Below, piece by piece: positions 8,064 through 16,429 of a stretch of DNA of 64,000 nucleotides. A program made the position numbers and the translations under genes. Within the stretch, counting starts at the first letter, position 1, and each line of letters opens with the position of its first letter. The notes under the pieces were generated by a model. The model ran no database searches, was not told the DNA's origin, and saw nothing but the letters and a program-made list of their open reading frames with translations. The DNA comes from Nannocystales bacterium (GTDB lineage Bacteria > Myxococcota_A > Polyangia > Nannocystales > Nannocystaceae): NCBI GenBank assembly GCA_050633305.1, contig JBOEGF010000038.1:1-64000 (forward strand). The letters run 5' to 3'.

Positions 8064-9871
8064 GTTACCTGGATGTTCCCCGACTTCACTTCTGCGGAAG
8101 ATTTGTGACCACGCCCTCCACGGTCAACAACATCTCGCAGAACTTCTCGCCCCGGTTGCCGACACCCGAGTCGATCAACAACCCTCAAAACTGGAACTGG
8201 AACCCCTTCGGTGGGCATCGTTTCCAGCTCTACGAGTGCAGCATCGTCCGGGTTGTGCACGCGGACGGTCGGGTGGTGACGGCGTCGTCCGAGGACCCCG
8301 TCATCGGTCTGCCGCTGCAAGGGACGGACGACCCCGTGCCCGCCAAGATGGCCGACCTGGATACCGAGCAGCAATACGTTCCCTCGATCTACGGTCTCAC
8401 GCTACGGCTCGGGGCGCCGGGGCACACGCTCGGTTGCCAGGGAGCGATGGTGCCGACCCCGCTCAACGACACATGGAGGCGTGCCCCGGTCGTCCCGGGC
8501 ACGCAAGAAGGCGGTAGCCGCAGCGGCTGGTATCAATCGGTGCTCGAGCAGATGCACTGGGCCGCGAAGGGCTCGGCCACGCTCGAGAAGCTGGCCGAGC
8601 TCAGCCCAGATCGGGTCTCGATTCGTTTTGTGTTGGACGGGTACGACATGGACTCCTACAGCCCCACGTTTCAGACGGGTCGGGTCGTGGGCACGCTGGG
8701 CCCGGCCACCGCGGACGAGCCGATCTCCTTTGTGCCCGGACGCCTGTTGCGTCCTCCCAACTTCCCGTTCGCCAACTCGGGCAAGAACCTCTTCGATGGC
8801 AACCCCGCGTACTTCGCCCCGTTCCGGGTCGATGAGCAGCGCAGCTCGCTCCTGCTCGACCTGGGCAACGCTCTGCCCACCACCGGATACGGCGGTCCGA
8901 TCCGCGACCTGGGCAGTCTCCATCCCGTCGTGCTCCCCCGAGGGCGTGCTCCCATCGTCCTCCCCGCGCTGGAAGTTCTAGATGGCGCGTATGAGCAAAA
9001 CGCAGGGGTCGTGGAGACCTCCCTCGACGCAGACGCGCTTGTGGCCCTCTCCAACGCACCGCTGCGACTCATGACCGTGGCAGCCAACGGCGGGTTGGGG
9101 CAGACGATTCTGCAAGAAGACAGCGAGGGCCGCATGTTACGAGCCGACCCGTTTACCTTGCGGATGGAGCCCGAGCACGACGCGAGTGTTCGCGTTCATG
9201 CCTTTCGTTTCGGCCGACCTGCCGCTGGCGAGACGATCGGCCTGAAGCTGACGGCCGAACGCTTACGCAACGAGGGGCAGGTGGTCCCCATGCCTCGGCA
9301 GCAAGACGGCGAGCCTCTGGCCGACCCCACCCGCGCTCTGGAGGCGTACCTCTCTGGCATGCCTCCTGCGTTCCTCGCCGATCACGGTGTGGAGCTCGTG
9401 CCGATCCCTGTCGCCGAGCCCGTCGAGGCGCTGCGTTTTCCGGAGCACCTCACCACCGACGACACCGGCGTTGCGTCGTTCGAGCTGCACGCCTCCGATC
9501 CCAAGGCGCCTCGGCTCGGCGGAGCGATCGATGGTCAGGTGTATCCGATCGCGATGGTGTGGGAAGGCCTCGAGAACCCTTGCTTGCAACACTTCGTCAG
9601 CGTGCGGGTGTTCGACGCTTACCCCATCCCCGAGGCGCCCACGTGGGCCGACGCAAAGCGCATCCTGGAGCCCTACGCCAAGCTCTTCCCCTACATGCGG
9701 CATCTCGTCGACCTCGGTGAGTTCGCCACCACCCACCGGGCGCGCGAGCAGATCCTCCGGGTTCTCTCCTACCCGGAGTCGGACCCCCGCTACATGCCCG
9801 TGACCCGCGATCTGTCCGCAAGCAAGCGTGCCTTGCTGATCGCGTGGCTGGAGAACGGCGCCGAGAAGTAG
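8060..9871 (+). CDS. VioB/RebD/StaD-like protein (N-terminal and central body, no ferritin-like domain)
   Basis: MSYLDVPRLHFCGRF...STVNN resembles the VioB start (MSILDFPRIHF...); also WNPFGGHRF, ADLD, LDLGNALP, PYAKLFPYM, YMPVTRDLSASKRALLIAWL. ATGA overlap at 8060-8063 and GAGGAGG RBS. Confidence 0.8.
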   Translation: MSYLDVPRLHFCGRFVTTPSTVNNISQNFSPRLPTPESINNPQNWNWNPFGGHRFQLYECSIVRVVHADGRVVTASSEDPVIGLPLQGTDDPVPAKMADLDTEQQYVPSIYGLTLRLGAPGHTLGCQGAMVPTPLNDTWRRAPVVPGTQEGGSRSGWYQSVLEQMHWAAKGSATLEKLAELSPDRVSIRFVLDGYDMDSYSPTFQTGRVVGTLGPATADEPISFVPGRLLRPPNFPFANSGKNLFDGNPAYFAPFRVDEQRSSLLLDLGNALPTTGYGGPIRDLGSLHPVVLPRGRAPIVLPALEVLDGAYEQNAGVVETSLDADALVALSNAPLRLMTVAANGGLGQTILQEDSEGRMLRADPFTLRMEPEHDASVRVHAFRFGRPAAGETIGLKLTAERLRNEGQVVPMPRQQDGEPLADPTRALEAYLSGMPPAFLADHGVELVPIPVAEPVEALRFPEHLTTDDTGVASFELHASDPKAPRLGGAIDGQVYPIAMVWEGLENPCLQHFVSVRVFDAYPIPEAPTWADAKRILEPYAKLFPYMRHLVDLGEFATTHRAREQILRVLSYPESDPRYMPVTRDLSASKRALLIAWLENGAEK

Positions 9872-9955
9872 GCGGACCCGAGCCGTGATGCGAAATCTTT
9901 CTGGAGACGGAGCGATACGTCTTCATCTCCGGGTACGGTGTACGAGCACGAGCCC

Positions 9956-10507
9956 ATGGCGAAGCGTGTGGTGCACCTCATTCGTCACGGCCAGTACGTG
10001 ACCGACGCTGACGACCCGCGGTACGGAAACCTGACGGTTCTGGGCCGGAGACAGGCGCGTCGGCTCGCCCGCGTGTTTGCAGATCAATCGATCGACGACG
10101 TCCATCATAGCGATTGGACCCGCGCACAGCAGACTGCCGCGCTCCTCGGTGCTGCGCTACCGTCCGTGCGCCTCCGAGAGTCCGCCCTGCTTCGAGAGGG
10201 AGACCCCGGGTCGCGCGGACGCAAGCGCACCAGGGCTCAGGCCGCGACTCGTGGCCGCATGGACGAGGCGTTCTCGCAGTTCATACGACCTTGTCGCGGA
10301 GCCGACCGTCGCGAACTCGTCGTATGCCACGGCAACCTCATCCGATACCTCGTCATGAGGGCACTGGATGTGCCGACGGGCGGATGGCTTCGGCTCGTTG
10401 TCGCGCATTGCAGCATCACCACCATCGTCGTGGTTCCCACGGACCTCCGTGTTCGCTGCGTCAACGCGCTTGGCCACCTGCCCGAACACCAACGTACCTT
10501 GGTGTGA
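9956..10507 (+). CDS. Histidine phosphatase family protein, PGAM5-like
   Basis: HLIRHGQY, LTVLGRRQA, RAQQTA, LLREGDP, ELVVCHGNLIRYLVMRAL...GWLRL...HCSIT. Confidence 0.88.
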   Translation: MAKRVVHLIRHGQYVTDADDPRYGNLTVLGRRQARRLARVFADQSIDDVHHSDWTRAQQTAALLGAALPSVRLRESALLREGDPGSRGRKRTRAQAATRGRMDEAFSQFIRPCRGADRRELVVCHGNLIRYLVMRALDVPTGGWLRLVVAHCSITTIVVVPTDLRVRCVNALGHLPEHQRTLV

Positions 10508-10717
10508 AGCACGCCGTGGCTGGCCGGGCTACGCGCTCGGTCGACTCCGCGCCGTAGAGACACCGTCACTGTGGCCCATGGACCGAGGTCGGGGGCTTTG
10601 CCTCGAGCGTTCCGATGGGCGCTGCAGCGTTCAGCAACAGAGTATTTGCAGCTGAGCCGGGTCGTTCTGGCGCAACCTCGGGAGCCCACTGGGCGGATTC
10701 GCGCTATCGTCCCACCG

Positions 10718-11075
10718 ATGTGGCGGATAGCTTGTTTGGGACTGGTGTTGGGCGGGGCGTTGGTTGGCGGCTGTGGTGACGACTCCGGCGGAGCGTCGGG
10801 GTCGGGCGGGGGGTCCGGTGGAGGCGGCGCTTCCAACCCGGACTGTTTCGACGAAGCTCAGCAGCCGACCGCCGACTGTGCCGTCGACCCGGTGGGCGGA
10901 CTCTGCGAGGGACGAGGAGGCGCAGTGGCAATGCTGGGTGTCGACGACGCCCCCCGGCCAGGATGTCGATGTGGGCCAGTGCAGCGCGACGGGGGAGTGG
11001 ACACACTGGAGCGGTCACAGCACCGGGCAACTGGATACGGTCGAGGGGACCTGCAACCCTTTGGTGCAGGACTGA
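10718..11075 (+). pseudogene. Small Cys-rich lipoprotein with a frameshift (or sequencing error) at about 10909-10911
   Basis: MWRIACLGLVLGGALVGGCGDDSGG...GGLCE continues sensibly only after a one-base frame shift at GGG, as DEEAQWQCWVSTTPPGQDVDVGQCSATGEWTHWSG...CNPLVQD*. Confidence 0.6.
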
Positions 11076-11128
11076 GGGGGCCTCGGAAGCAGGTGCAACC
11101 TCGGGGTCGCTTGCTCGTCTCATCGGGC

Positions 11129-11470
11129 GTGGACCCGTCGCGCAAGCGCTCATCCTTCGGCGCCATGTTCCTGATGTATGGCGGAGGGATCACCGCCATG
11201 TACGGAGCGCTGGCCGCGTTCTCGATGCTCTCCGGGGTGAAGTTCGAGTTTGGGGGAGACAACGGGCGCGGTGGTGTGCCGCTGCCGTCGTCTGTCCCTG
11301 CGGTGGCGGTCCTCTTCGTGGCCGCGCTCGGCCTGTATGGGCTAGGAGCCCGTTGGGACGCGCCTCGGTTCGCCAGCGTGCGCGCACGTCATCGGTGGCT
11401 CGTCCCCGTCGTGACCACGTTCGTCGTCGTGCCCAGTCTGGTGATGTTGTTGTTCGTCATGGTCCGCTGA
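11129..11470 (+). CDS. Small membrane protein, hypothetical
   Basis: 3' part of ORF 10571-11470 read from GTG 11129; three hydrophobic segments. Confidence 0.6.
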   Translation: MDPSRKRSSFGAMFLMYGGGITAMYGALAAFSMLSGVKFEFGGDNGRGGVPLPSSVPAVAVLFVAALGLYGLGARWDAPRFASVRARHRWLVPVVTTFVVVPSLVMLLFVMVR

Positions 11471-11478
11471 CCCGGCTG

Positions 11479-12393
11479 TCATGCAAAGGCCGCGGTGATC
11501 GCCGCGAGCCGGACGCGGAGCTTCGCGCCCGCGAACTCGAGGAACGCCCGCACTTTTGCGGAGACATGTCGTGCGTCTGGGTGGACGAGGTGGACGGGGA
11601 TTGGACCGCGCTCGTCATCGGCGAGCACGCGGACGAGCCGACCCGCGGCGATCGCATCATGGACCTGGTACGAGAGCAGCCGGGTGACGCCCCAGCCTGA
11701 CTCCGCAGCATGAAGTCCGGCCGCGATGGTGTTGGCGCACAGCCGCGGCTCCAAAGTGACACTTCGAGTCTCGTCGACGCCGAAGTCCCATTGGACGCTG
11801 GGGGCTTGCGAGCGGCTGACGGCAACGACGTCGTGGTGCAGGAGGTCTTCGGGCTCGAGTGGAGGGCCGTGCTCCTCGAGGTAGGGGGGCGCGGCCACGA
11901 CGACACTGCGGACGGACCCGACCCGGATCGCCCGTAAGCTGGAATCGGGGAGGTGGCCGATACGGACCGCGACGTCCATGCCTTCGTCGATGAGGTGCAC
12001 GATTCGGTCGAGGAAGAGCGTGCGGGCGTCGACGGCGGGGTGGAGGTCGAGGAACTCGCCGAGGACGGGCAAGACATGGGACTGGCCGAACATGACAGGG
12101 GCGGTCACGCGAAGCGTTCCCTTGGCTCGAACGAATGCCCCTGTCGCCGCCGCCTCGGCGGTGTCGAGCTCGGATAGGATCCGGCGGCAATCCTCGACGT
12201 AGCGACCGCCGGCGTCGGTGAGGGCGAGACGTCTCGTCGTTCGGGTGAGGAGTTGGGTGTCGAGGTGATCTTCCAAGCTGGCGACGGCACGGGTTACCGA
12301 TGGTGCGCTCACCCGCAGCGCTCGAGCGGCGCCTGAAAAGGACCCCTCGTCGACCACCCGGACAAACACCTCCATCGCGCCAAGCCGGTCCAC
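11479..12393 (-). CDS. LysR-family transcriptional regulator (CrgA/DmlR-like)
   Basis: HTH region MEVFVRVVDEGSFSGAARAL...LLTRTTRRLALTDAG; LIDEGMDVAVRIG; SAKVRAFLEF. Confidence 0.95.
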   Translation of the reverse strand: MDRLGAMEVFVRVVDEGSFSGAARALRVSAPSVTRAVASLEDHLDTQLLTRTTRRLALTDAGGRYVEDCRRILSELDTAEAAATGAFVRAKGTLRVTAPVMFGQSHVLPVLGEFLDLHPAVDARTLFLDRIVHLIDEGMDVAVRIGHLPDSSLRAIRVGSVRSVVVAAPPYLEEHGPPLEPEDLLHHDVVAVSRSQAPSVQWDFGVDETRSVTLEPRLCANTIAAGLHAAESGWGVTRLLSYQVHDAIAAGRLVRVLADDERGPIPVHLVHPDARHVSAKVRAFLEFAGAKLRVRLAAITAAFA

Positions 12394-12403
12394 GTCAGCA
12401 TTG

Positions 12404-12418
12404 TTGCAGAATCTGAAA
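12404..12418. promoter_or_regulatory. Candidate LysR recognition site
   Basis: Near-palindrome TTGCAGAATCTGAAA (T-N11-A) in the divergent LysR/PNPOx gap. Confidence 0.5.
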
Positions 12419-12488
12419 GAGTCGGTTGCGGAGTTTCGGGATTCCGCACGTCGCGATCAAGGGTCACAGTCCACAGCAGGACTTGGCG

Positions 12489-13388
12489 ATGGTCACCTCA
12501 ACCTCCCCCAACAACCTCCCTTCGCCCTGGCACGCTGGGGAGGTGGAGCTGCAACGATCGGTCGGGTCGTACGAGAAGATGGCCGTGGTCGGCCCCAAGG
12601 TCATCCGGCCGTACATGCCAGACCAGCACCGGAGGTTCTTCGAGGAGCTGCCGTTCATCGTGCTTGGCTCTCTGGATCACTCCGATCGACCGTGGGCAAC
12701 GCTGCGAGCCGGAGAGCCCGGGTTCGTTCACTCGCCAGACGACACGCACCTCAGGATTGCGGCGGGTGGGGACGAGCACGATCCGGCCGCATTCGAGGTT
12801 GGTGCGTCGGTCGGGATGCTGGGGATTCAGCCCCATACACGTCGCCGAAATCGAGCCAACGGTGTCGTGCAACCCAGCGACACGGGTGGGCTGCATGTGC
12901 ACGTGACCCAGTCGTTTGGAAACTGTCCGCGCTTCATCACCCGGCGCGAAGCGGTCTTCAAACCGCTCGTGGACCGGGCCCCAGCGGCCGAGCACCTCGA
13001 GCAACTCGACACCGACGCTCGGACGATGATCGAGCGAGCCGATACATTCTTCGTCGCCTCGTATGTCCGCCACGAGGATGACTCGACGGATGTCGACGTG
13101 TCTCACCGCGGCGGTCCTGCGGGGTTCGTCCGGATCGACGAGCGCGGGGCGTTGGTGGTTCCCGACTACGCGGGCAACAACTTCTTCAACACCCTCGGAA
13201 ACTTCGTCCGGCATCCCGTAGCGGGCCTGCTCTTCGTCGACTTCGAGAACGGGGACATGCTCCAAATGACCGGACGCGTGACGCTTCGCCTGGCCGAAAC
13301 CTCGGACGACGCGCAGCGGCATTGGAGCGTGACTCCGGACGCGCTCGTTCGTCGTCGCGGAGCCGTCCCGCTGCGATGGCGCACCTAG
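12489..13388 (+). CDS. Pyridoxamine 5'-phosphate oxidase-like FMN-binding protein (tandem domains)
   Basis: PWHAGE, MPDQHRRFF, TRRRNRANG, QSFGNCPRFI, ADTFFVAS, DVSHRGG.GFV, PDYAGNNFFNTLGN. Confidence 0.9.
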   Translation: MVTSTSPNNLPSPWHAGEVELQRSVGSYEKMAVVGPKVIRPYMPDQHRRFFEELPFIVLGSLDHSDRPWATLRAGEPGFVHSPDDTHLRIAAGGDEHDPAAFEVGASVGMLGIQPHTRRRNRANGVVQPSDTGGLHVHVTQSFGNCPRFITRREAVFKPLVDRAPAAEHLEQLDTDARTMIERADTFFVASYVRHEDDSTDVDVSHRGGPAGFVRIDERGALVVPDYAGNNFFNTLGNFVRHPVAGLLFVDFENGDMLQMTGRVTLRLAETSDDAQRHWSVTPDALVRRRGAVPLRWRT

Positions 13389-13430
13389 GGTCGCCCTCAT
13401 CTGCACACCACGAGACACCACGAGATACCG

Positions 13431-14063
13431 ATGAAACTGTACGAAAGCCCCATCTCCGGCCACGCCCATCGGGCGCGCGCATTCCTTCTTCTTCTCGGCG
13501 TGCCGTTCGAATCGGTCGTGGTCGACCTCCTCAACGGGGAGCATCGCGGTCCGGAATTCCTCGCGATCAATCCGCTGGGGCAGATTCCGGTGCTCGTCGA
13601 TGGGGACACGGTCGTTCGCGACTCGACCGCCATTCTTGTCTATCTCGCGCTCAGCCACGACCCCGAGCGGACCTGGCTGCCGCAGGATCCCGGTTTGGCG
13701 GCGCAGGTTCAGTCCTGGCTCTCGATTAGCTCGCGCGAGCTGTGGGCGGGCCCAAGCTCGGCGCGGCTGGTGAAGTTGTTTGGGGCGAAGATCGACCATG
13801 AGCGAGCGCTGTCGACGGCGGACACCGTGCTGGGTTCGTTGTTCGAGCCGCACCTCGCGGACCAGAAGTGGTTGGTCGGTTCGCGTCCGACGATTGCGGA
13901 CGTCGCCTGCTACAGCTACATCCGTGTCGCGCCCGAAGGCGGCGTCAGCCTGGAGCCTTACCCCAACGTACGTGCATGGCTGGACCGACTCGAGGCGCTG
14001 CCCGGGTTCGACCCCATGCCCGCGGCGGCCGACCTCCTTGCGTCAGGCACTGGCGAGCCCTGA
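13431..14063 (+). CDS. Glutathione S-transferase
   Basis: SGHAHR, INPLGQIPVL, RDSTAILVYLA, PTIADVACYSY, YPNVRAWL. Confidence 0.93.
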   Translation: MKLYESPISGHAHRARAFLLLLGVPFESVVVDLLNGEHRGPEFLAINPLGQIPVLVDGDTVVRDSTAILVYLALSHDPERTWLPQDPGLAAQVQSWLSISSRELWAGPSSARLVKLFGAKIDHERALSTADTVLGSLFEPHLADQKWLVGSRPTIADVACYSYIRVAPEGGVSLEPYPNVRAWLDRLEALPGFDPMPAAADLLASGTGEP

Positions 14064-14103
14064 CACCGTCAGGGGGGCGTCCCTAGGGCCCGGTCGGTGA
14101 CAG

Positions 14104-14137
14104 CGAGGCGCGGCCGGCCGAACCTGGCCGCGTCTCG
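14104..14137. terminator. Hairpin between convergent genes (possible terminator)
   Basis: CGAGGCGCGGCC...GGCCGCGTCTCG stem between the GST stop and the 14150 stop; no U-tract. Confidence 0.35.
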
Positions 14138-14149
14138 ATCAAGGGCGGC

Positions 14150-14998
14150 TTAGATGCACTCGTAGGAGCCGCCGTCAAACGGAAGGTCCCCTGTGCACTC
14201 CGAGGCGTCGGCGCAGCCCGGCGCGGTGCAGAAACCATCGTCTCCGCAGGTGAGGCCGTCGCCCAGGGCGGAGCAGGCATTGTCGTCGTCGCAGCGACAA
14301 ACCCCATCGGTAGCGTCACAGGAGAAGCCATCGGCACAGCCAGTGTCCTCACAGCTGACGGGCTCGACGTCCGTCGTGCACGTCATGTCGCCGTTCCCGA
14401 TGTCGGCGCAGACGCCCGTATCATTGCCGCAGACCGTGACCGCGTTGCCGTCGATGTCTCGAGCCTCGACTTCGGCCATCATGAGCGTCGCGCAGTCGAC
14501 AAACTCGGTCGGCTCCGTCGCGCATCCACCGGTTCCGTCGCCGAGGTCGATGCAGGGGCCGGCGGCGCAGGCATCGTTGCTGTCGCAGGGTTGGAAGGAC
14601 CACCCCGACAGCTGCGCGACGCAATCATTGTCGTCTTCGCAGACATTGAGGCAGACCCCGTTCTCGGTGCAGGTGAGCCCGAGGTCGGTGCCCTGGCTCA
14701 AGCAGTCTTCATCAGCGGAGCATTGGTACGTGCATGCTCCCTCACCGGAGCCTGTTGGATCGCCGGTTTCTCCGGAGGGGTCGCCGGTCTCGCCCGAGGG
14801 GTCGGTTGTCCCCGAGGGGTCCGTCGTGCCGGTTCCGGACGGGTCGGTCGTCCCGGAAGGATCTGTCATTCCGTCGGTGTCCGAGGATCCGTCGGTTGCG
14901 GTTGCCGCTTGGGTCTCGTTGTCGTCGTCCGAGCTGTCGCACGCGGAGAGTGAGAGGGCGAAGGAGGAGGAGAGGAGGAGCAGAGAGAGTTTTTTCAT
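14150..14998 (-). CDS. Cys-rich lipoprotein with TDPSG repeats
   Basis: MKKLSLLLL...LSAC lipobox; T(G)DPSG(T/E) tandem linker at about 14755-14870; repeated CxxDxDC modules. Confidence 0.82.
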   Translation of the reverse strand: MKKLSLLLLSSSFALSLSACDSSDDDNETQAATATDGSSDTDGMTDPSGTTDPSGTGTTDPSGTTDPSGETGDPSGETGDPTGSGEGACTYQCSADEDCLSQGTDLGLTCTENGVCLNVCEDDNDCVAQLSGWSFQPCDSNDACAAGPCIDLGDGTGGCATEPTEFVDCATLMMAEVEARDIDGNAVTVCGNDTGVCADIGNGDMTCTTDVEPVSCEDTGCADGFSCDATDGVCRCDDDNACSALGDGLTCGDDGFCTAPGCADASECTGDLPFDGGSYECI

Positions 14999-15105
14999 GG
15001 TCGACCAGGTTGCGGCGTACATGTGACGCCGTGTCGGTTTGGGTATTCACCGAACGTACGCAGGTTCGTCCGGGTCTATTCCGGGATGATGCAAAGTGAC
15101 CCCAT

Positions 15106-16317
15106 ATGTTCGCGCGGCCCTACAACGACCGACCGATCCCGCAGACGCACGTCCGCCGACTCGAAGGGACGTCTCGTGCTTGGAGCCTGAGTCCAGTCCC
15201 CCACGAGACAGCATCCGTCCTGGAGGTCGGCTGTGCGCACGGCGTGAACTTGATGGCGATGGCGGCTCGTCTGCCCGACGCGACATTTCTGGGGATCGAC
15301 GTAGACCCCAACGTCATCGCGGTCGCGCAAGCACGGGCAGCGCGGGCAGAGCTGACGAATGTCCGCTTTGAAGTCGGGGACGTAGGGGCCTTCGACCTGC
15401 CCCCGGGAACCGTGGACTACGCGATTGCGCATGGGATGCTCTCTTGGGTTGCGGAACCAGTTGGCGCTGCCTTGCTTCAGTTGTTCGGTCGCGCCCTGTC
15501 CTCAGAGGGCATTGCATACATAAGCTACGACGCGATGCCCGGCTCAGCGCTCAGAGCGACGATCGGCCTCGGGCTTCGGGGGCTCGACACGGACGACACC
15601 GACAAGGTGAGGGACGTCTTGGGTGCGCTTCACATCCAGGCGGACCCCAGTACGCTCCAAGGTGCATGGCTTCAGTCGGAGGTCTCCGCGGCGCTGGGCC
15701 AGCCGGCGTCGTTCATCGAGCAGCAGTTCCTCTCGCCGCATCAACGTGCCTTGGCCTTCTGCGATGTCTGGGACCAGGCGTTGGCCCAGGGTCTGCGATT
15801 CGTCGACGATGTCGCCGATACCGGACTCTCCGCCGATGCGTATGCGAGCGCAGTGGCGGCGGTCTCCCGCGTCGCGCCGGACCGGCGGGCAGCGGAGCAG
15901 TTGCTCGATGCCGCCATCTATCGGCAGTTCCGGGCCTCCGTCTTTACCCGGAGCGCACGACCCATGGCGCACTCGGGATCTGAGGTCGCTGTGGGCTCAG
16001 GCCGGGCCGCTGCGTCCGAGCGACCGCAGGTGCTCCCGCTCAGCCGGGTTGAAGCTCGCGAACTCGGCTTCGTCTCAACACCCGATCTGGGACACCGGGC
16101 GCTTCATCCTCTCCACGCGACGCTCGTCGAGGCCCTTGACGGCACCCGAACCGTCGAAGAACTCGAGGCGCTGGTCGTGGAGCGGGTGGGCCAGGGTCGT
16201 CTTTCGTTGCCCACGGAGTCGGGCGAGCCTGCAACGCTTCAGGAGGCACGCAGTGGCGCGTCCGCTGTGGTCGCAAGTGCGCTGGATGACCTCGAAAAGG
16301 CCGGAATCCTGGTCTGA
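15106..16317 (+). CDS. Class I SAM-dependent methyltransferase with regulatory domain
   Basis: PQTH, VLEVGCAHGVNL, FLGID, DYAIAHGMLSWV, GIAYISY..MPG, RQFRASVF. Confidence 0.85.
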   Translation: MFARPYNDRPIPQTHVRRLEGTSRAWSLSPVPHETASVLEVGCAHGVNLMAMAARLPDATFLGIDVDPNVIAVAQARAARAELTNVRFEVGDVGAFDLPPGTVDYAIAHGMLSWVAEPVGAALLQLFGRALSSEGIAYISYDAMPGSALRATIGLGLRGLDTDDTDKVRDVLGALHIQADPSTLQGAWLQSEVSAALGQPASFIEQQFLSPHQRALAFCDVWDQALAQGLRFVDDVADTGLSADAYASAVAAVSRVAPDRRAAEQLLDAAIYRQFRASVFTRSARPMAHSGSEVAVGSGRAAASERPQVLPLSRVEARELGFVSTPDLGHRALHPLHATLVEALDGTRTVEELEALVVERVGQGRLSLPTESGEPATLQEARSGASAVVASALDDLEKAGILV

Positions 16318-16429
16318 ACAGAGCACTGCCGACAAGTCCGTCGACAGGCCGATCGGACCTCAAGCCGGGTTCGATCTCGCCGATGTCCATTTTGGCGTGC
16401 TGCTCCCCGGTGCGCGGGAACGATCGGAC

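Noticed and set aside
6999..9871. Calling this a violacein or indolocarbazole biosynthetic cluster
   Set aside because: No VioA/RebO oxidase and no VioC/D/E, StaP or StaC homologues in the window; only the VioB-like parts are present.
11479..14063. LysR-PNPOx-GST cluster as a novel system
   Set aside because: This is a widespread, commonly seen arrangement with nothing unusual here.
15623..16429. N-terminal extension of the 667-aa EAL-HDOD ORF
   Set aside because: It overlaps the methyltransferase in another frame; family homology starts at ATG 16430.
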